From the NCBI GenBank assembly GCA_007375735.1, contig VMEW01000009.1, positions 48,569 through 112,568 of the forward strand: DNA of 64,000 nucleotides. Direction: 5' to 3'. Positions within the stretch are counted from its first letter, which is position 1. The number at the start of each line of letters is the position of its first letter. The notes beneath the pieces were generated by a model. That model was not told the DNA's origin. It worked only from the letters and a program-made list of their open reading frames with translations, and did not search any database. Position numbers and translations under genes: made by a program. Shown here piece after piece: positions 59,125-64,000 of this stretch. Source of the DNA: Candidatus Peregrinibacteria bacterium Greene0416_19 (GTDB lineage Bacteria; Patescibacteriota; Gracilibacteria; Peribacterales; Peribacteraceae).

Positions 59125-60327
59125 ATGCACATCCACTTCACTCTCGATCTGTGCCGCAAGGTGGGGATGGGCGCTCTGACCGCCGCCGTCTTCGGGATCA
59201 CCGCGCAGATACTCCTGACCGACCACCAGGTGGGCATCGCCTCCTCCCTTCTGGAAGCGCAGAAAAGCCAACCGGTGTGCGGCAACGGCAAGGTGGAAGC
59301 TGACGAAACCTGCGACGACGGCAATGCGTGGTACGGCGATGGCTGCACGCGCTGCCGGACCGAAGTGGGATATTCCTGCACCGGTTCCCCGAGCGTCTGC
59401 GGCCCGGCCGATGCCAGCCGCGTCCCCTCGGCGGGCTGCGGCGACGGCGTCATCGATCCGCAGACCGAGCAGTGCGATGACGGGAATGTGGGGGCGGACG
59501 ATGGCTGTTCGAACGTCTGCATGTTCGACCCCGGATACGTTTGCCGGGGCCAGCCGAGTGTGTGCAGGCCCGTGCCCGGTTGCGGGAACGGCACCATCGA
59601 CAGTGATGAGCAGTGCGATGACGGGAACGCCGGGGATAGAGACGGCTGCTCACAGACCTGCAGCTGGGAACCGGGCTTCTCCTGCGCCGGCCAGCCGAGC
59701 GTCTGCGCAGGCGTGCCGGCTACTTCTGATTCGACCTCCTCCAGCTCGAGCAGTTCCTCTCTCTCGTCGAGCTCTTCAAGTTCGTCTCCCCCTCCATCGT
59801 CAGCATCCCATTCGTCTTCCTCGTCTTCCTCGTCTTCCTCGTCTTCCTCGTCTTCCTCGTCTTCCTCGTCTTCCTCGTCTTCCTCGTCTTCTTCGTCTTC
59901 TTCCTCGTCCTTCCTGCGCCCCCGCACCCGCTACGATGGCAGCGAAGCCTCTTCTTCCTCCTCGTCGATCCGCACGTTCACCATCCCCGGCCCCGAGTGC
60001 GGCGATGACGCCATCACCGGCACGGAGGAGTGCGACGACGGCAATGCGGGCGACGGGGACGGCTGCTCGGCGACTTGCAAAACGGAGACAGGTTGGCGCT
60101 GCAAGGACATCCCCAGTCGTTGCATCATCCCCTGCGGGGACGGGATCGTCGCCAGCTCCGAAAGTTGCGATGACGGCAATAACAGCGACGGAGATGGCTG
60201 CAACCAGGTCTGCAAACTGGAATTCGGCTATGCCTGTTCAGGGACGCCGTCGAGCTGCCGTCTGCTGACACCGCCGCCGGGGACTGCGACGAGTTCGGCG
60301 GCGGGATCATCATCGTCATCGAAGTAA
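59125..60327 (+). CDS. Myxococcus-type cysteine-rich repeat (DUF4215-like) surface protein with poly-Ser linker
   Basis: Five CG(N/D)x...E.CDDGN...GDGC...C..E.G(Y/F/W).C...PS.C repeats. Confidence 0.9.
   Translation: MHIHFTLDLCRKVGMGALTAAVFGITAQILLTDHQVGIASSLLEAQKSQPVCGNGKVEADETCDDGNAWYGDGCTRCRTEVGYSCTGSPSVCGPADASRVPSAGCGDGVIDPQTEQCDDGNVGADDGCSNVCMFDPGYVCRGQPSVCRPVPGCGNGTIDSDEQCDDGNAGDRDGCSQTCSWEPGFSCAGQPSVCAGVPATSDSTSSSSSSSSLSSSSSSSSPPPSSASHSSSSSSSSSSSSSSSSSSSSSSSSSSSSSSSSSFLRPRTRYDGSEASSSSSSIRTFTIPGPECGDDAITGTEECDDGNAGDGDGCSATCKTETGWRCKDIPSRCIIPCGDGIVASSESCDDGNNSDGDGCNQVCKLEFGYACSGTPSSCRLLTPPPGTATSSAAGSSSSSK
59812..59910 (+). repeat. (TCGTCTTCC)n coding microsatellite (poly-Ser)
   Basis: Seen directly. 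Confidence 0.9.
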
Positions 60328-60366
60328 TCGTGCTCATTGTAGGAGCGGAGTAGGATGCGAAGCACG

Positions 60367-60678
60367 ATGGATGCACTCTTCGCGACTCCGGGGATGACGG
60401 CGGTGACGGTCGTTGTGGGACTCACTGAGCTCCTGTCCGCAGCTATGCTCCTCTTCATCATCCGGTTGTTCCTGCGCGTACGCCACAGCCAGGAGAACCT
60501 GCTCCTGATGCTGCAGCGGCACCTGCGGAATCCGGCCCTCGACCGGCTCCTGGGTGAAGTGACAGTCCGGCGCTTCCTTGCCCCGAACCGCAAGCTCCTG
60601 TGGATGTACGTGCTCTCGACCGTGATCATCACGATCCTGAGCATGCTGCTGTTCACGTTTCAGCCTCACCTCCTCTGA
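60367..60678 (+). CDS. small two-TM membrane protein
   Basis: Hydrophobic termini; adjacent to the next gene. Confidence 0.6.
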   Translation: MDALFATPGMTAVTVVVGLTELLSAAMLLFIIRLFLRVRHSQENLLLMLQRHLRNPALDRLLGEVTVRRFLAPNRKLLWMYVLSTVIITILSMLLFTFQPHLL

Positions 60679-60679
60679 C

Positions 60680-61162
60680 ATGCCTGCCACAGGTGCCACC
60701 GGCGAGGAGCTGCTGGCCGTGGTGCACGAACACTGGATCAAGTACGCGGCCCCGTTCTTCGTCGGCCTCATCCTCCTCATGATCAGCGTCGCTCTCTTCG
60801 TGCTCGCCGGAATCAGCGCTCATCATGCGATGTGGCTGTCCCATACCTCCTTCGTCACCGGGCTCCTGCTCCTGCTCGCTACCAACCACTGGTTCTTCGC
60901 CATGCTCCTGAGCGAAAATTCCGCGCGAATCATCATCACCAACAAGCGGGTCATTCACCTCCGGACCCGGCTCTTCATCCATGAGGAGATGAAGGAGATC
61001 ACCTTCGAGAAGATGCGGTTCGTCGATGCCAAGATGCACGGCCTCCTGCAGGTGCTCTTCCGGTACGGAACGGTCTGGTTCGAGAACGGAGCGAGTCTCA
61101 CGTACGTCCCCCACCCCAACCGGATGGTGAAGCAGATTCAGCAGGCAATGGGGATGAAATGA
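60680..61162 (+). CDS. bacterial PH (bPH_2-like) membrane protein
   Basis: HEHW..Y, 2 TM, IITNKRVI...GLLQVLFRYGTV...VPHP. Confidence 0.8.
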   Translation: MPATGATGEELLAVVHEHWIKYAAPFFVGLILLMISVALFVLAGISAHHAMWLSHTSFVTGLLLLLATNHWFFAMLLSENSARIIITNKRVIHLRTRLFIHEEMKEITFEKMRFVDAKMHGLLQVLFRYGTVWFENGASLTYVPHPNRMVKQIQQAMGMK

Positions 61163-61193
61163 ACGGCTCCGCACTCAACAGCGACGTGACGCA

Positions 61194-62177
61194 TTACCTC
61201 TTTGCAATGCCAGGCAGATCACACACCACATTCACCGGTTTCACCACATGATCCGGCGTCTTCCCCCGTGTCCACTGGTCGATCGACTCGAACGCGTCCA
61301 GGTACATGTTCCGCATGCTGTCGTCGGCATAGAAGGCGATGTGCGGGGTGGTGACGACCTTGGGATGGTTGACGAGAGCGCGGTTCTGCTCGAAGTTCTG
61401 CTCGTGCTCCAGAACGTCGAGCAGGGCATGGGACAGCTTCCCCGCATGCAGCGCCTCGAGCAGGGCACGGGAATCGATGAGAGAGCCCCGGGCGGTGTTC
61501 ACGAGGATGGCCCCGTCCTTCATCTGTGCGAAACGCTCGGCATCGAAGAGATGGTGCGTCTCCGGGAGTGCCGGCATGTGGAGCGTGACGATGTCGCTCC
61601 CGGCAAGGAGCTCCGTGAGCGGCACGTACCTGACCCCGAGCAGGTCCTCGAGCTCCAGCGTGCGGCACTTGTCCGTCGCGAGAATCTTCATGCCGAAGCC
61701 ATGCGCGATCTGCGCCACCCGGCGGCCGATCTTGCCGGTGCCGACAATGCCGATGGTCTTGCCCCGCAGCGCGATGCCACGCAGGCCGTGGTAATCGAAC
61801 TGTCCGCCCTCCACCCGCGCGTCCCCTTCGTGAATGTGACGGAGCGTGGCCAGGAGCAGCGCGAAGACGTGCTCGGCGATCACGTGCGACCCGTAGTCCG
61901 GCACGTTGCACAGGGCGACCCCCGCCCCCCTGCAAGCATCGGCATCGATGTGGTCATACCCGACGGAGCGCGTGACGAGGAGCTTGAGAGACGGAAGCCT
62001 GTCGAGCACCTTCTTCGGGAACGCCGTCGTGATGAAGCAGCTCACGATCTCCGCAACATCGCACGACGCAATGACCTCCTTCTCCGGCAGCGTCCCTTTG
62101 ATGACGGCCTCCTGAAACCGCCCGGCGACGAGCGCCTGGTCTTCGGGATCGACGTCGAGGAAGACGATGCGAGTCAT
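61194..62177 (-). CDS. D-isomer-specific 2-hydroxyacid dehydrogenase (D-lactate dehydrogenase-like)
   Basis: RSVGYDHID, GIVGTGKIG, LVNTARG, LDVLEHE, TPHIAFY. Confidence 0.92.
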   Translation of the reverse strand: MTRIVFLDVDPEDQALVAGRFQEAVIKGTLPEKEVIASCDVAEIVSCFITTAFPKKVLDRLPSLKLLVTRSVGYDHIDADACRGAGVALCNVPDYGSHVIAEHVFALLLATLRHIHEGDARVEGGQFDYHGLRGIALRGKTIGIVGTGKIGRRVAQIAHGFGMKILATDKCRTLELEDLLGVRYVPLTELLAGSDIVTLHMPALPETHHLFDAERFAQMKDGAILVNTARGSLIDSRALLEALHAGKLSHALLDVLEHEQNFEQNRALVNHPKVVTTPHIAFYADDSMRNMYLDAFESIDQWTRGKTPDHVVKPVNVVCDLPGIAKR

Positions 62178-62647
62178 CCGGAGCGCAGGATACACCGGTG
62201 GAGTCGCTCCGCCCACGCCTCGATCTTCCCAGCCTGTTCGTACGGTTCATTCAGGATGATGAGCGGCGGAAGGAGCTGCGTGCCGCCGTGCTCCCTCATG
62301 AAGCGCAGAAAGTGCTCGGTGCACCGGGTGGTGAAGTAGTAGCGGTCATCCCCCAGGCTGATGAACGCCATCGGCTTGCCCGCGAGATCGATGCCGGCGG
62401 CGCGCTCGAGCAGCAGCGCATGCATGTGCGGATTCAGCTGCCCCTCCTGTCCGCCAGTGTTCCAGGTGCCGCTCGCCAGGATGAGCGCATCGGCCCGCAG
62501 AAGATCGTCCGGCGCGGCTTCTTCGGCGCGACGAACATCGACCGGCACATCCGGTGCAAGGTCGTGGAGGGCGGAAACGAGCGTCTGGACGACGAACTCG
62601 GTGTGTCCGCTCGTGGAGGCGTAGATGATGCGCAGGGAGGGGGACAT
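62174..62647 (-). CDS. flavodoxin
   Basis: IIYASTSGHTE, SGTWNTG, SLGDDRY. Confidence 0.9.
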   Translation of the reverse strand: MSPSLRIIYASTSGHTEFVVQTLVSALHDLAPDVPVDVRRAEEAAPDDLLRADALILASGTWNTGGQEGQLNPHMHALLLERAAGIDLAGKPMAFISLGDDRYYFTTRCTEHFLRFMREHGGTQLLPPLIILNEPYEQAGKIEAWAERLHRCILRSG

Positions 62648-62767
62648 AGGCGGGGAAGCGCGGCGCGGAGAGGGCGAGGGTGAGGTGGAGGCACAGTATG
62701 GCAGGGAACCGCCTTCACAGTCAGCGACGGCTACTTTACAATGTGTATCCTTTCGATCCCCATATCC

Positions 62768-63112
62768 ATGTCAGAGAAGTCAATGGCATCGTCGACTGAT
62801 TGGGAGATCCTGATTCCGCGTGTGGATCAGGTGGCAAACCAGGTGGGCGATCAACTCAACGACACGCAGCAATTATTGGGAAAAATCAAATCGGAAGAGT
62901 ATAAGGAAGAGCTGATCACCTGCCTGATGAAGACGGGCATGAACCGGAGACGGGCTCAGCGCAAGGCCGGACAGCTCATTACGGACTGGACGCTGGAACT
63001 CAAGCGCACGGCCGGCGTGAGCCTGCGAGACGCTCTGTCCGGATTGCGATCGAGAGTGCGACGGTTTTTCGGTCCTCGTGCGAACAGCGGCGGTGGAAGC
63101 GAGGCCGAATAG
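62768..63112 (+). CDS. hypothetical protein
   Basis: 114-aa ORF after TACAAT. Confidence 0.55.
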   Translation: MSEKSMASSTDWEILIPRVDQVANQVGDQLNDTQQLLGKIKSEEYKEELITCLMKTGMNRRRAQRKAGQLITDWTLELKRTAGVSLRDALSGLRSRVRRFFGPRANSGGGSEAE

Positions 63113-63150
63113 AGCGCGGAGTGCCTGCGGCTGCGGAATCGATGACCCGC

Positions 63151-63999
63151 TCAGTTGATGGAAGGCTGCTGAATTTTCTCGTGGAACTTGAAGCGCACCT
63201 TCGCTGTCTCCGTGTTGATCCTCTGCAGCTGGACCCGTTCGGAGGCGGTGCGCATGAGGAGTTCGGCGTACCACTTTTCCCATGCGTTGCCGTCCCCCCA
63301 TTCCGCTTTGAGTTCCTCCTTGTGCCGTCCGCTCTCACGATCCGCGTAATCCATCATGCCGCCCATGAGCAGCCGCGTCAGGTCGGCTTCGCTCTCCTCG
63401 CCCGTGATGCGCCGCTCCGCGGTTTTGATTTGCAGGGCTTGCAGGAATCCCTGCAGCGGCAGCGCGGAACCGCCCGCCATGCTTGCCCGGAAAACCGGAT
63501 TCTCCGGCAGTTTCGCTTTCTCTGCGTCGACGATTTGCGCACGGTCCTCCTCGGTCATCTGCACGTACTGCTCGCCCGTGATGCCGTTCGCGCGCATGAG
63601 CATCGGCACGACGGCGGTGTCATCGCCCTTGAAGCTCAGCAGATCGCTCACGTCCAGATCGAAGACGCCTTTCTCCAGAACCTCCACGATCTCGTCGAGG
63701 AGATCATCCGCGCGCTCCCGCCTCTCCAGAAAATTCCCGCCATCGGCGAGAGGTTGCCTATTCCCCGTCGCGATGAGAACGAAGAACTCGTCGCCGCCCC
63801 CGGCCGTAGCGGGGGTGTACTCAACGTCGAGCGGAAGAATCTTGCGCAGCGCCTCCGGCGGATCAAAGATCGTCTGGGCGATGCGCTGGAGGTACTGGTC
63901 GCCCTTGTCGTGGGAACCGGTGATGTCGTTCACCGTCTTCAGGCCGTTGGCGTCGAAGGTGAGGAGGGCGACGCTGTCGATCGCGCGTTTTCCCTGCAC
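63151..63999 (-). CDS. GGDEF-domain protein (5' end outside window)
   Basis: FDANGLKTVND..GSHDKGDQYL...GGDEF. Confidence 0.85.
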   Translation of the reverse strand: MQGKRAIDSVALLTFDANGLKTVNDITGSHDKGDQYLQRIAQTIFDPPEALRKILPLDVEYTPATAGGGDEFFVLIATGNRQPLADGGNFLERRERADDLLDEIVEVLEKGVFDLDVSDLLSFKGDDTAVVPMLMRANGITGEQYVQMTEEDRAQIVDAEKAKLPENPVFRASMAGGSALPLQGFLQALQIKTAERRITGEESEADLTRLLMGGMMDYADRESGRHKEELKAEWGDGNAWEKWYAELLMRTASERVQLQRINTETAKVRFKFHEKIQQPSIN

Positions 64000-64000
64000 C

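Noticed and set aside
59106-59927. Poly-acidic (EDE)n protein on the minus strand
   Set aside because: Antisense shadow of the poly-Ser tract in the Cys-rich gene.

Overview
High-GC bacterial chromosome window, read with the standard code (well-known genes end at TGA). The gene mix suggests a CPR/Patescibacteria genome, probably Candidatus Peribacteria (inference): archaeal-type ProRS, TrmB regulator, Cys-rich DUF4215-type surface protein, four-helix-bundle genes, leaderless starts. Housekeeping and metabolic genes are pyrD/pyrK, livKHMG, pyrG, uvrC, hppA, rplY, hpf, proS, a D-2-hydroxyacid dehydrogenase and a flavodoxin. The main accessory feature is an integration hotspot at tRNA-Glu(TTC) (6459-6533). 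A ~7.7 kb satellite-like element there carries a large serine recombinase, an ATPase/helicase, a TerS-like gene, an Mrr-like nuclease and a HEPN-like gene. Its recombinase gene is split by the att core: the integrated form ends inside the tRNA, and two homologous alternative C-terminal tails sit in frame at two downstream att copies (14201, 17374). Other highlights: an ATP-grasp ligase fused to a DUF1704/MATCAP-like peptidase next to a 7TM protein, a GNAT domain inserted in UvrC, palindromic repeats inserted in frame in genes, Planctomycete-type proteins, a possible Na+ riboswitch before hppA, and several candidate small RNAs and microproteins. All family assignments come from motif recognition by eye, not from database searches.
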